Shown in pieces: positions 1-12,789 of a stretch of DNA of 64,000 nucleotides; positions within the stretch are counted from its first letter, which is position 1, and each line of letters starts with the position of its first letter. This DNA is from Cystobasidiomycetes sp. EMM_F5 (lineage: Eukaryota): contig JBPGPT010000009.1 in the NCBI GenBank assembly GCA_051047955.1, forward strand, positions 124,001 to 188,000, written 5' to 3'. The position numbers and the translations under genes are program-made. The notes beneath the pieces were generated by a model. It did not search any database. It was given only the letters and a program-made list of their open reading frames with translations, and had not been told where the DNA came from.

Positions 1-973
1 TACACCGTCATACCAGTGCCTATAAACATGAATCCCTCGTCTCTGTAAGTCAGAGTCAGTCATCCATAGTCATGTCAAGGAGATCAGGCATTCGCCTACC
101 GCAGAGATTTTAACGCTTGTCCAACTTCGACAGCAAGGCGTGGCTCTCCGGTATCGAGCTGGGCTATCTGAATCACTGGAATGTCCAGGCTATCGCCAAA
201 CATAGCTCGGAAAGGTAGCCATACGCCGCTGCGAATCGATCAGAATCAGAAATCTGGATGCAGTACTGATTCAAACCTTACCGGTCTAAACCCCGTTCTC
301 GGCCAGACACCTTGATCTTGTTGGCTTTGAAAGTGTCCATTACGTGCGCAGCTAGATCCGGGCTCGCCTTGCTGGAGAAGGTGAGGTGCCTCATATGTTG
401 GGTAGCGTCATCGACTGATTCAAAGACACGTCAGTGTCCGCAGTGTGTCACAGTGCTGCCGAACTTGATCTACTGACATATTAACGGGTTGTCATTCCCG
501 ATATTCACGTAGACTCGATTCTCTTCCCCGTCCCAGTAGGGCGACATGACAAGTATAGCCTTGGGTTTTGCTTCCCGTATTTGCTGTCCTACGCTCTGAA
601 GGCTTTGATACAAACCGCTGTGTGGATTGTCGAGTTGTTCGGGTTCTTCCGAGGAGATAAAGTACGAAGGGACGCGATAGGCGTTTGCAGCAGCCGCTTT
701 TGCAGCTCGAGCTTTTTCCAACTTGCGTTGTTCATCTGGACGTAATTTATCGTTTGTAGCTGGAACTGCGACCGGATGATGCTTTTGATGGGACTGTTCC
801 TTCGGAATGAATGGCGCAGAGGTGGAGAGGAAGAATGTGCGATGCCAAAACTCGCGCAGCCTCAGCGAAGCCTCCGAAGCATTCAGCGAAGATATGCCCG
901 TCAATTCTGGGTTCAGATAGGCATAGAAGCACGCTCCGATAGCTACGCCCAGCGTGAGCAAGCGGAGGCTCAT
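1..973 (-). CDS. LigB/DODA-type extradiol dioxygenase-like protein, apparently metal-site degenerate; runs off the left edge
   Basis: ORF 470-973 (VPSYFISSEEP...PKAILVMSPYW) spliced to exons reading RGLDRGVWLPFRAMF...IPVIQI and LRDEGFMFIGTGMTV; hydrophobic N-terminus. Confidence 0.8.
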
Positions 974-1266
974 GAGTGATGGCCAGCAGTAGCAGCGTAA
1001 GTTGGCAATTGATCAAAGATAATGAAGAGCCAGGCCGGCTTTATCGTAAATGGCTTCGATACGTCGATCAGTATCTTTACACGCGCTGATGATGCTCGCT
1101 CGCTGCTGTCACATAAAACGGCAACTGGTTCTTTGATTGTTGATGCTGGACACTGCGGTGACACGGGCTGCCGTGTACAACGTATGCTCGCCGAATAGCT
1201 GGCGCTGATGCAGGTGCTCTTGGACGCGCTGCTGGCTAGTAAACAGAAAACACGAGGATAACAAAC

Positions 1267-3255
1267 ATGGATATCGATTACGACTCCGACGTGGAAATGG
1301 TCCAGGCTGGCCCATCAAAGCTTTCTTCTATGCCATACAATGCTGCTTCTGCTGGCGGGATCGCGTCAGCATGGCCTCCTGTCCCAATGTCCGAAGTCAT
1401 CGAGATTGACGACGACGACGATGACGATGAAGACACACCTCCACCTCCTTTCCAATCTGCATACACGCGCGTAGGATTCGCGTCTGCGAATGATCACGGT
1501 CAGCCCAACAGCAGGCGGTTGACCGGCAGAGCCAACACGGAACCAAGTCTCCATTTTGCAAGCCATACAGGCGACTCCGACGATGGAGACGACCTACCCG
1601 ACATCCGAGACGTAGCTACACGCGGTCTCAACAGGTCGGCAAGTGATACTGTGACGACATTCTCACGGACAACATACCCACCCGACAAGGGCAAGCAGCG
1701 TGCTCTATCTACCATACTGCCCTCCTCGCCTCCACGGTCAAGGGTCAGCAGTAGCGGGCGTAAACCGAGCAGCAAGAATTTGAACTACGAAAATCTAAGC
1801 GATTCCAGCAGGGCCGAAGCCGAAGCGCCTGCTAAGAAGAAGCAAAAGGCAGTCGCGAAAGGCAGCAATAGCAACCACATCGCGTCTACGTCTTACGATT
1901 TGCCTGCTCCATCCCTTACAGCTAAAGAGAGGAAAGAGCTGGAGAAGGCGGAGAAGGCAGCCGCAAAGGACAAAGCGAAAGCTGAGAAGGCGGTAAGTGG
2001 CGCGAGTATTGTTTCCTTTGTGTCCTCGTACTAAGACTATGATCCTTAGACTTTGCTCGCTCAAGAGAAGGCTCAGAAGAATGCAATGAAAGCGTCTAAC
2101 AAACTAGGAAACCGTAATGAGACGCCGCAAGAGCTGACACTCGATATCAGTAAAAGTCTTCTGGAGGACAAGATCTTCAAGGACAAGGTTTACTACAACC
2201 TCGCTGCAGCTTGCAAAGAAATGCAGTGTACGTATCCTACGCCTGAACAGGGTCGTACTTCTGTACAAGGATGCTATCCGAAGACCATTCACTGGCGAAG
2301 AGAGGTCCGAAAAGACTGGGATGCTGCTGGTCGATTCTGGATACCACGTAACCCGGCCGGTTACACAATGGAGGAGGAGAAGTCCGTCCTGTTATACCTG
2401 AGCGTACAGGATGTGGAAGATGCTGTACAGCACAATTCACTGGTCGACATAGTAACAGCGATACAAGACGTACACGGATATGATTGTCAGGTCTTCTTGC
2501 TTATTCAAAACCTGAACGACAAGGGTAAGGCCAAGACTGCAGCCATCAACGCCGAGTTTCAGAACCAAGCCCGGGGAACAGTGCAGCCGAAACGCAAAGA
2601 CAAGTTCAGTTCGAGCGTAACGTTCGAGCAGATCGAGATGGAGTTGATCAAGATACAAGTGGCTTTGCAACAATGCTTTGTCGTTCGTGCAGAGACGTAT
2701 GAGCAAGCGTCCGATTGGCTCGTCGAGCTGACTAAGGATATCTCGTTCCGGCCATACAAGTAAGTGTGGATGTACTCTGCATGTCGGGTTCCTGATTCGT
2801 TCGATGCCAGACGGATTGAGCGGGAACGAGAAAGCATTCTCAACATTGACGGAAAGATCGAAGCCAACAAAGGCTCGCTTCAGGCCACCTATATAAATCA
2901 GCTCAAGTGCATCCATCAGCTCACCGATGCAGGGGCAGTTGGCATTGCCCGACGCTATCCAAGCTGGTCTCGATTATTACAAGCATATCGGAATTGCCGC
3001 ACCCTCCAGGAAAAGTATGACTTGTTGGAGGATATACCCGTGAGTCTGTTTTCAGTGTTTGAATGATCTCAAACGCGTCAGCTCACAAACAATGCGTGCC
3101 AGGTCCCAACCAAAGTCAACGGGGCTGCAACGGACAAAGTCATTGGCAAGACTTTAAGCGAGAGGATCTATGTTGTTTTATTTACCGACGATGGCTCTTT
3201 AGACTTGACAGGCGACATCAAGGCTCTGCGGTCGAGAGTTGGCCGACAATTCTAG
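1267..3255 (+). CDS. EME1: Crossover junction endonuclease non-catalytic subunit (ERCC4 domain, Eme1/Mms4)
   Basis: Disordered N-terminus, then TIHWRREV...EEEKSVLLYL...IEMELIKIQV...LTKDISFRPYK and a HhH-like C-terminus (YINQLKCIHQLT...IARRYPS...IGKTLSERIY); 4 exons, stop at 3253-3255. Confidence 0.8.
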
Positions 3256-3543
3256 CTCGCTGCAGGCTTTCCCCTGTTGCTTCGTGCATCGTAATTGTTC
3301 GTTGTTATGGGGCAAATGGGTGTGCTCGACAAGGGAAAGCATGTGCTGGCAGCTGTCGCATAATATTCGAGGACACACCAACCCAAATTAGATTTGCATA
3401 CAGTGTCTAAGGCTAAGATAGTGTTCTAGGGTACAAGAACAAAAAGGTCTCCACACGTCTAGCTATGCGACTCGTGATGAATGATTAAGGCCAGCATTGA
3501 CACCAGAATAAATATGGCGGACAAGGTAAGAGTGCAATACAAT

Positions 3544-6500
3544 TCAATTTTTCACCGATTTCTGCGGCTTCTTAGTCTCCTTGGTCTTCTTAGTCTTGCT
3601 ACCTTTCTTTGGAACTCTTCCGAGCCAATACACTATAACGGATAAAGTTGTCAGTCTCGAAATGGTACCGTTCGCGTACTCCAAAGCTCACAGAAGAATG
3701 TAGCAGCAATGTTAAAGGCGATGTAGCCGAAGAGGATACCGAAGTTCCTCCATGCCTCGGAGAATGGTGCATTCAGACTTTGTAAGAAGGCATTCGTCTC
3801 GTTGAGTGTGCAGAATTGACAATCTGCACTGGCTCCTGGATTTGTGAGGTAGCCCCCGGCATAGCTGATGTAGTTCTGCATGTAAGCACCGCATGTCTGA
3901 CTACCTGCGGGCTGGAATGTGACGTATTCGATATCGCTACAGACCACGTTGGTATTCGCCAGACCCGTCGAGATCATACCCGCTACGAGGTATGTAAAGG
4001 GTGATACGCGGTACATGAAGATCCAGAAGCTGTTTACGGCAGTTGTCAGTCAAATTCTGGGTATACACTATAGCAGTCAGAACACATACCCTGGAAATGT
4101 GGCAGGCGTTGCTAGAACACCGCAGAACAGAAGTGAGAGTGAGAAAAGTAGGTTACCCATATTTCCAGCTGTCTCTGCGGTATCGATGGCGGCAATGCAC
4201 ATGTGTGCAAATGTAGATGCGAAAAATAGGAATTCGAGGCAGAACAAGAACATCATCGCTCCACGAAGGTGTACTTCGCCAGTGGGAATGGCATTCTTGT
4301 AGTAACCAATAGCTGCAAGCAAAAAGTGTTAACGGCAGGAACGCTACCTTCTCGCTCGGTTGAAAACTTACGATAATACCACGTAAAGTACAAGACGGCC
4401 CCAAGCAGGATGGCCCATGGTAGCTCGGCGATAATGTTGGCCCAGATGAATGCGAGCCAGGAATATGTTTTAGATGGGCGCTCACGCGCCTCGTACAATG
4501 CACGCTGGACGACGAAATTTGGCATGATCTGCTGGGTCAACTGAGAGAAGATGATGAAGACCATAAAGATGGAGAATAGCTGATTTTGGATGCCTTGTTG
4601 TGACAGAGGACTATCGAAGAATGAGAAACCGATAAATAGTCCGGCAGCGGTAACGAGGAATATCTTGGCCCAAATATAGCTCGGTGTCCGCCAGTATTGC
4701 TGGAAAATGCGTTTTGTGACGATGCTGAACTGCTCTGGGTAGGATGCTGCAAATGGTCGGAATGTCGCCTTATCCTTAGGGTCCGTGCTGGGCTCAGAGA
4801 CTTTCGGTCTCTCATTTCTCAGGTTTGCAAGCTCCTTTTTCACTTCTTGATACTCTGGAGAAGATCGCCAGGCATCGAACCAGTCGACGTCCGTATGACT
4901 GCCTGGGGCGGCACCGATGACCTGATCAGATCAGATTTTGTTAGTCTCTTCATGACGACGTCCAGATGATTGCTCGCTCCTTACTTCTAGCATCCACTCA
5001 GCTGGGTTAGCATCTGGAGGGCAGTCACGTCCACCGATCCGTTGGAAGCTACGCAAATGCGGTCAGCTTATACTCTAGGTCGACCATACAAGCAAAGTCC
5101 GCACTAATCAATCAAAATGCGACTGTTCTCGCCGACTTCGCCGAAGTATACAGTCTTGCCACCTCTTGCAAGGAAGAGCAGGCGATCGAAGCGCGAGAAA
5201 AGCAAGGCCGACGGCTGATGGATAGTGCAGAGAATGGCTTGTCCGGTCTCCTTTGTAAGCTTTTCCATCAGATCTGCAATGGCCCAGGACGTCTGACTGT
5301 CCAGTCCGGAAGTTGGTTCATCCAAGAACAAGAGCAGCTGAGGTTTGGCGGCAAGCTCGACACCGCTGCGAGAAGGGTCTGAGTACAAATTCCTCTCTGA
5401 ATCGAGCGCGACCTACATTGTTAATCTTTTACGTTGCTCGACGTTCAAGCCTTCACCAGGAACACCAACGACTGCGTCCGCATAGTCTTCCATGTCGAGT
5501 AGGCGGATCACCTCCTCCACGTAAGCCAGCTTCTCTGCCTTGGGAATGTGTGCAGGTTGACGCAATAAAGCACTGAAATTTAGTGATTCGCGGACAGTGG
5601 CGGTTTCGAGGTGCAAATCTTGTTGTTGGACCTGTTTAAGGTATTCGAGTAAGTTGATTGCCCGACCTTCTTAAACAGAATGGCTTACATAACCCGTCTT
5701 GCGCTGGAAGGACTTGTCGCGGGGACGGCCGTCAACTAGAGCGTCACCACTTACAACGCCCATCGTGACACGAGTGGCCAAGACATCCAAAAGAGTAGTT
5801 TTGCCAGCACCTGACACGCCCATCAGCGCTGTCAATTGTCCAGGCTTGACCCATCCGTCCACATGATCCAGGATACGACGCTCCTCGCTTTTGATCTTGA
5901 TGTCGTAGCAAATATCCTCCCAGTGGAAGATGGCAGTCTGACGCTGAATGTGCAGGTCTTCGGTCACTTTCTCGCCCTTCTGATGGTGCTTAGCTTTCTC
6001 GTTCAGAACACCGGCTGCTGCAACGTCCTCGACGTCCTGGCCTTTAGTTTTCGTCAACTTGTGGCCGCGACGGAAAACAAGGACTTCTCCCTTCGATTGC
6101 TTCGCAGATACGATTTCGGCAAAGAACATATAGGCTGAAAATTACGCATTAGCCCTGGTTTACAAGTGTGTCTTTTAAACTGAACGACACTTACTGAAGA
6201 GGAAGAATACTAATTCTCCAACGACTGGGGGTCGCAAATATTCAGCATGGTAAATATTAGTCTGCACAAAGCGTGATTCTACTTACTGATACCAAAGTTC
6301 CGCCACCTATGGGTCGGAAGGTATTGATATGTAGCTGAAATATAAGTTGTCCCTGATATTGTTGTCGCGCCCTGCACTGCTGTTGGAGCACCACATACGA
6401 AATTATTACCGGCCGCGACGTAGCCGGGTCCAGAAGGAACAAACTGGTCGCAGACGTAATTGACTCCGTCGAATTCGTTTACCATTAGCGCTTCAAAGCC

Positions 6501-8977
6501 GTAGGCGATTGGGTTGAGGTAGTTGATCCAGCGAGACCAACCGCGCATGTACGGAACAGGCAGGGCGAAACCGGTGAAAATAACAAGACCCAGCATAAGA
6601 ACCGTCGTAGGCGTCATAGCCTGAGTAAATGTACGAGAAGCCGATGCAATTGTCCTGAATATCATGCTCATGCACAGTTGAAGAGTGAATGCAATGAGCA
6701 GATAAAAGAAGAATGCACCGGGTTCTCGACGAAGGTTTGCCATGAAGTATAATGTGATATTGCAGAGAATAGCGTTGACAATCTTGTACGGTAGATCTAC
6801 CAGCATCGAAGCCCACGCTTCGGCCGACGGGTGATAGAGTGCATATCTTGCGTGCTTCTCGATGATGGGACGTTGAGCGTACAAAGTCAGGATTTCGAGG
6901 GCGGCACCGAAGGCGTTTGTCAGGATAGCGAAGAAGAGAAGCGAAGAGCGTTTGAAGAAAGAGCTGGTGACGGGCTGTAGATTGTAGAAGACGGAACTAA
7001 TGACGAGATTCATGACGACGTTACCAAAGAGCTGGGTTATAGTCAATGAAGGATCCGCTTTCAAGCGCCAGAAACCTCGACGCATGCAAATGCCAATTTG
7101 CTGTGTATAGCTAAGCGTGTAGGGTGACTTTGATCGACTGTTACATGCGAAGTATAAGCGTATCTTGACGGTATGCGGTTCAAAGCGTCGTCACTTACTG
7201 CCCCTTGGATTGTTGAGCCTTACGCGAGGCCTTGAACTGCTGCAAAGCTTCGCCTCCAACTGGGTATCTGAAGCAGCAATTGGTCAAAACGGCGCTGCGG
7301 ATGCGGAGAATAGAGTCGTGACTTACTGCTTATCAAATGCGTCAATCTCGCCCATGAGACGCTTATATGTTTCCGAAGATTTCCACGCGGCAGCAAAGTC
7401 ATCCGGAGTTCTCGGGACGCGATTTTCCCATCCTTTTCTCGCTGTTCTCTCCTTTGGCGAAGTGAGCGAGGTCAGGAAGTCGGGAGTAGTCTGACGTTCG
7501 GGTGGCTCAAAGCCCATATCCATGAAGAACTTGCGGGCTTCAGTACACGGTCCGAAATAGATCTGCCGACCTTCGTACAGCACGAGGACCTTGTCGAAGC
7601 AATCGTATGCTGCCTGTGGCGATTGATAAATGGCAACTAGAGCTGTCTGTCCTAGTAAATCTGTTCCAGTGCGTAGAGTCTTGCAGAATTCGATGGCGTT
7701 TGCAGAGTCGAGACCACGAGTCGAATTGTCCCAGCATTGAAGTGGCGACTGTGATAGTGCAGCTTCGGCGATGGAGACACGCTTCCGTTCACCTCCGGAT
7801 ACACCTCGAATGAAGTCATTACCGACCCGAGTGTTGACAGTGTGGCTGATTCCAAAGACGGCCATCATGACATCTCTTGCGTGAGCAGCGTACTGCTTGC
7901 GAGTAAGACCTCCAAGTGGTTTGCGGGGTGCGCGAGCTTCAGCAGCAAAGGAAAGCGTTTCTCCGACTGTCAGTTGTGGGAAATGCACATCAACTTCGGC
8001 AGTATAGATGACTTCTCCCTTGAAGTTTTTGTGCATTTGTTTGGGTGCGATACCCTGGTAGTTGATGTACGAGTCGTTGTCAACCGAGAAGCCATCAGTT
8101 TCTCCAGCAATCGTTTTCAGGAAGGTTGTGCAGCCACTGTGAGAGGTACATGGTAGGTCAGCTTGCAAATATCACGACGATAACAGATGATCTCTGCTTA
8201 CCTTCCTGGAGGACCAAGGACGACACACATCTCGCCAGCCTTGATGAGTCCATCAAAGTGGCGAAGAATCTTGACCTCACCGCCCTTCTGGCCCAGCAGA
8301 CGACGTGCATAAGAACCAATCATCAATGGAGAGTTGGCCACCGTCTTTTGATAATCGTCTCCGGAGCCATAACCGTGTACGTTGAGATTTCTGAATAAAA
8401 CACCGGCTTGTCTGTTTGGAACTGCATTTGGATCTCTTTCTGCAAACTTGAGGACGGCTTGAGCATAGGCTCGAGCACTAAATTCAGGAGATGTAGGATC
8501 TAGCTTTGGGTTCTTTTCGCCTTCGAGGTCGAAGAGGTTTGCTACTCCGCCACTTGCCAAGGAGAGTGTACTGACTTGACGCGCGAGTTTGTTGACGGCG
8601 GCATGGCTTTGCGCTTTTCGTTCTTCGTCAGTCAGATACATGCGAGGGTTGCTACTGTCTCCATGTAGGGCATCCTCGCTCAATATCTCTTGCTGCTCGT
8701 CCCGTGATGGGGCTGCTGTCGATCCAGCGAGTTGCTGGTTGTCGTCGCTGCTGCTTGCCGATGGGGATGTGTTGCTCTTTCGTGAAAGGGTACGTCTGAT
8801 GAAGCTGCCACCCTGCTGCAGAGCACTGGGACTCTGCCGTTCTGCAGTATGCTGGCCAGCCTCTGCTTCTCGGTATGCCTCGTACGCATTCGCATCGGCC
8901 GTCATGGGCTGTCCGGCTCCTACGCGATGCTCTTCCCTGTCGAAACCAGTCGTGAAGCTGGCTGCAAAGGCTGCCAT
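3544..8977 (-). CDS. Pleiotropic drug resistance (PDR/ABCG) full-size ABC transporter
   Basis: NBD1 [35 protein letters not shown]2 [29 protein letters not shown]; two TMDs; ends YWLGRVPKK...stop at 3544; multi-exon. Confidence 0.97.
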
Positions 8978-10146
8978 GGTCAGTATCTGGCTGCGCGACC
9001 TGCTTGAATCAAAGATGCCTTGACGTCTTTCGAGCGATTATCTCGGTGGCCAGAGACCCCGGGGGCACGTCGCTCGCCAAAGAGGAAGGTGGAAGGGACG
9101 ATGCAGAAAGGAGAGGGCAGTATAGTTGAGAGGAAGGGAGGGAGAGTTGAAGATATTATCGCAGAGTTGAGGGCAGCCGCTCCCAGCAGTCATGGTGTCA
9201 CTTTTTCCCTGAAATCCGCCCGAGTCCGAAATCCGTCACTATCTCCGACCGTCAACACCCAGCCCGGACTTGTGACGGGCATGTCAGAATAAGAGCTCAA
9301 TGACAGAATGGGCTTGTGAGTCGTCCAAATCATGGATTGCTTGGCTGCGGAGTCATGACATTGAATGGCCAAATTATGACGAAGCAGGTCGTTGGAGAGT
9401 GCGCTGACGCATGCTTCTGTCCAAAGCTGACACCTCCTTCAGGCTGTTCATCAGCGATAGCGAACGTCTGTCGCTTTTTGGACCACGAGCAGCAAAATTT
9501 CCAATGGCGAAAGAACGTTGTCAATGCAAAGTACAAAGAGAGACCGCAGCTTTGCGCCGCCTACTAGTACAGCAGTGCTGATGACACCGTGACGTCTGAA
9601 TACGAATACTACCCACTGATCCCTTTGTCAAACTAATGCTTAGACTTCGGTCTCCCATCTGCAACCTATGACTACCAGCCAGCCTGAGCTTCCTCCTTTG
9701 GCTGGCCAGAGTCTTTGGAATGCCTCGTCATAATCAACGCTCTTCCACTACAGCCACTTCAAACTTTTGTATGATGGTACCATCAAACACTGCGTGCGTG
9801 TTCTGCAGGGAAGAAATGTAAAGCGCTTCCATCACCGAGATGGTACCGCCGTCACGAGTTTCTTTCATTGGCTGGTATTGCATATACGACATCGTTCACA
9901 TCCGTGGCCAAAGTCTGACCAGCAGGCTCTCAGACAGACATACATCCTCTTGATGTGCCAAAAGCTGAGCAGATACATCGCAATCAAGCGCTCTTTCAGT
10001 GCTTATCGTAGAAGACCCATTGTATTCACATGTAGACAATCCACCTTGATTCTCTGCTTAGTAATCTATGTGGCGTACTTGATCAGTGATGAGGAGTTAA
10101 CTAGAACACGGGTTGATGGTATCCACTGGCTTTGCCAACATTGATC

Positions 10147-11398
10147 ATGTCTACCGTACTGAGAGCCTCATGCCGTCCTCTGCTCCGTACTGCTGCTGCA
10201 AATACTCCGCTGGCCGGATGCAGTGTCGCAATATCTTCATCGATCATCGAGCATCGAGGTCACGCTGCTAGCAGAGCATCGTCCAGTCGCAAATTCGCCG
10301 TCTCTGCTACGTCGTGTGCGCAAGCTGTAGCGCCGTCCACGTCGACCTCCGCACCTGCCCCATCATCATCGTCGTCATCAAAAGCTGGAACGTCAAGCAT
10401 TGAAAATGTGGAAGCATCTTCGACATCTCCTGCGCGCGGATCGGTTGAGTCCATGTCGCCCTTTCAGCAGAAAGTAGTCAAGAGAATCGCTGGAATGCTA
10501 GGCTATTCGTCAAACCAGGCTCTTGCAGTGCGAGTCACGGCAGACATCTATGACCGGTGTAGCGAGCGAGACGAGAGGGAGGGTCTCTTCTTCTACGATG
10601 GTGCATTGATACTCTTCTGCCTTTCGTCTGCACCTTGATCTGACAAACTTTGCATACGCAGAGTGCGGACTGCCGAAATCATACCAGTCTTGGATGTCAA
10701 TCACAAATCTCCACATCTGGCTGATATCTGTCCGCTTACGATCTTTACCACCTGCTTATGCAAAGACCTTCATTCAAGAACTCGTCAACCACTACTTCTT
10801 ACACTCCGAAACCCTGATGCACGGACGGTACAAAGTTAGGCAGGGCCGCTTGATCAAAGGATACCTTCGAGACATGCTGTATCAATACCACGGCTCAAAC
10901 ATGGGCTATGACGAGGGATTGATTTCGGGTAATGATGCTATCCTAGCAGCAGCGGTATGGAGGAATCTATTCGGTGCAGGTTGGGGGGAAGTAGCAGGTG
11001 TCAAAGGCGCTCGAGCACCCAGAGGACGAGCACCAGAGACTAGTGAGAGCGCATCATCAGAAGCTAGTGATTCCATAGCCGGTCTCAGTCTAGACCCGGA
11101 ACATCTGCCTACCCCAATAACAAGCATCGACAGTGGCGTCGAAGGAGGACTACACGCTGGTGGTTCAGGTCTCGTTCCGCAGCTCCCGCTTAACGTCCCT
11201 CAAGGATCACCGTCGGAAAGTGTGGAGCTGACCGATGCACGATTCGCCCTCAACCTCGAACGGATAGTCCACTTCATTCGCAAAGAAGTCAATCGTATGC
11301 AAAATATATCGGACGAGCAGCTGCTATATTCAAGGCATATCGACGCAAGGTCTGGAGCAGTCGTTACGGGTTCCTTGACAGACTTTACTAGAATCTAG
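10147..11398 (+). CDS. CBP3: Ubiquinol-cytochrome c reductase chaperone (Cbp3/UQCC1)
   Basis: Arg/Ser-rich mitochondrial presequence; ECGLPKSYQSWMSITNLHIWLISVRLR...YDEGLISGNDAILAAAVWRNLF; one intron ~10600-10662. Confidence 0.9.
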
Positions 11399-11531
11399 TG
11401 TACATGTTTGTGAAAATGATACATCTATGCCATTACATGCCTCGTCTTGAATTTGCGAATGTGCAAACTGCCCATACTGCCACTGATTGATCCGCTTTTT
11501 TGACTGAGTTCCGGAACTGCTCACAACTGCA

Positions 11532-12094
11532 TCACACCACTTTTGGGCGAAGAGGAGTAGGTTGTGTGACTGAAGCAGCTTCAGCGAGCTTCATCTGCTC
11601 ATTGAATTCGCGATCTCGCTTCTCCTTGTCCCGCACGTTGCCTTGCTCCAACTTTTCCCGCCGCCGTTTATCGCCATAGTATATACTTCCACCGAGAGCG
11701 GCTTGGTTTACCAAGTACGAAACCCTATAAGCAAATCTGCTATGTGGGTTCGTATAATTTGCTTGAATGCTTACCGACTACTGTGAAGCCTTGGGCAATC
11801 ACCCGAAAGCGCAACATCTTGTTGAACTTGTTGCGATCACCGTGCCGCATACTTTGAGTAGCTCCAACGAGTGCGACCGTTGTCAAAGCCATCCCTACAC
11901 AATGACGGCGTTACGAATATGGTGGATTCATTTGGATTGGCAGATTACGTTTAGATAAAAATGACGGGATCTCATTGTCCACGAAGCTTCAGCGCACCTA
12001 ACGGCACCATCGGCTCTTCCTTGAATCTCCGCATAGTCTTCTGCCATGCTGTTTCGCGCTCCGATTCCTCTACGATTTGCGTAGTATTGGACAT
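11532..12094 (-). CDS. RCF1: Respiratory supercomplex factor 1 (HIG1 domain)
   Basis: Spliced: MSNTTQIVEESERETAWQKTMRRFKEEPMVPLG...GDRNKFNKMLRFRVIAQGFTV...AALGGSIYY; 3 exons, mostly missed by the ORF track. Confidence 0.88.
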
Positions 12095-12316
12095 ATTTAA
12101 CGTGAGCTGCTGGTCAGGCTGTTAGCGGAACGAACGAGGTATCTTTAGCGAATGAAGGCCATACAATGTATCAGTACTCTTCCAAGAGTTTACTCGTCAG
12201 CGCGACAAGCGATCATTCTTGACGAGATTCCGCCACCCATGATGTGAACACTTATCTTCTGGCTCAATCAGCAAATAAAATCAGTCCTGCCTCTGAAGCT
12301 CGTCGCCTGCACCATC

Positions 12317-12703
12317 ATGACCTCGCAAGTCAACCACAAGGACACGCATCAGGCTTCTGCGTTTCCTCGGTCGCCGTCGCTGCACGAGACGGAGCAGCAG
12401 CCGGCAAATGCTGCAGAAAACGAGGTGCCAAAAGACTACAAGACCATGTTTGATGGCAGGTCAGCCTTGACGAAATGTAGGTTTATAAAGCACAGGAGAA
12501 TGTCTGCCCACTCATCCACTTCTCGTCACCGGCTAATTACGACAGTCGTGGATCCGTGTGAGGACGCACGCAAAGAATCAATGCGGTGTCTCGACAAGAA
12601 CAATTACAAACGCGATGCATGCACAGACTTCTTCCGGTCGTACAGGGAATGCAAGAAGAAGTGGCTAGACCAACGCCGCGAAGACCGGAGAGCTGGAGCA
12701 TAA
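12317..12703 (+). CDS. COX23: Twin-CX9C cytochrome c oxidase assembly factor
   Basis: KFVDPCEDARKESMRCLDKNNYKRDACTDFFRSYRECKKKW after removing an in-frame intron (~12477-12545). Confidence 0.88.
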   Translation: MTSQVNHKDTHQASAFPRSPSLHETEQQPANAAENEVPKDYKTMFDGRSALTKCRFIKHRRMSAHSSTSRHRLITTVVDPCEDARKESMRCLDKNNYKRDACTDFFRSYRECKKKWLDQRREDRRAGA

Positions 12704-12789
12704 ATCAATTTGACAGCAAAGCGTAAGTAGCTGTACATACCATACATGCGGGCCTTGATTCAAGCTAAAGCATACTGTTGCAACAGTGT

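Noticed and set aside
9575..9622. TGATGA...CTGA possible box C/D snoRNA
   Set aside because: Only ~40 nt between boxes, no terminal stem or recognisable guide.
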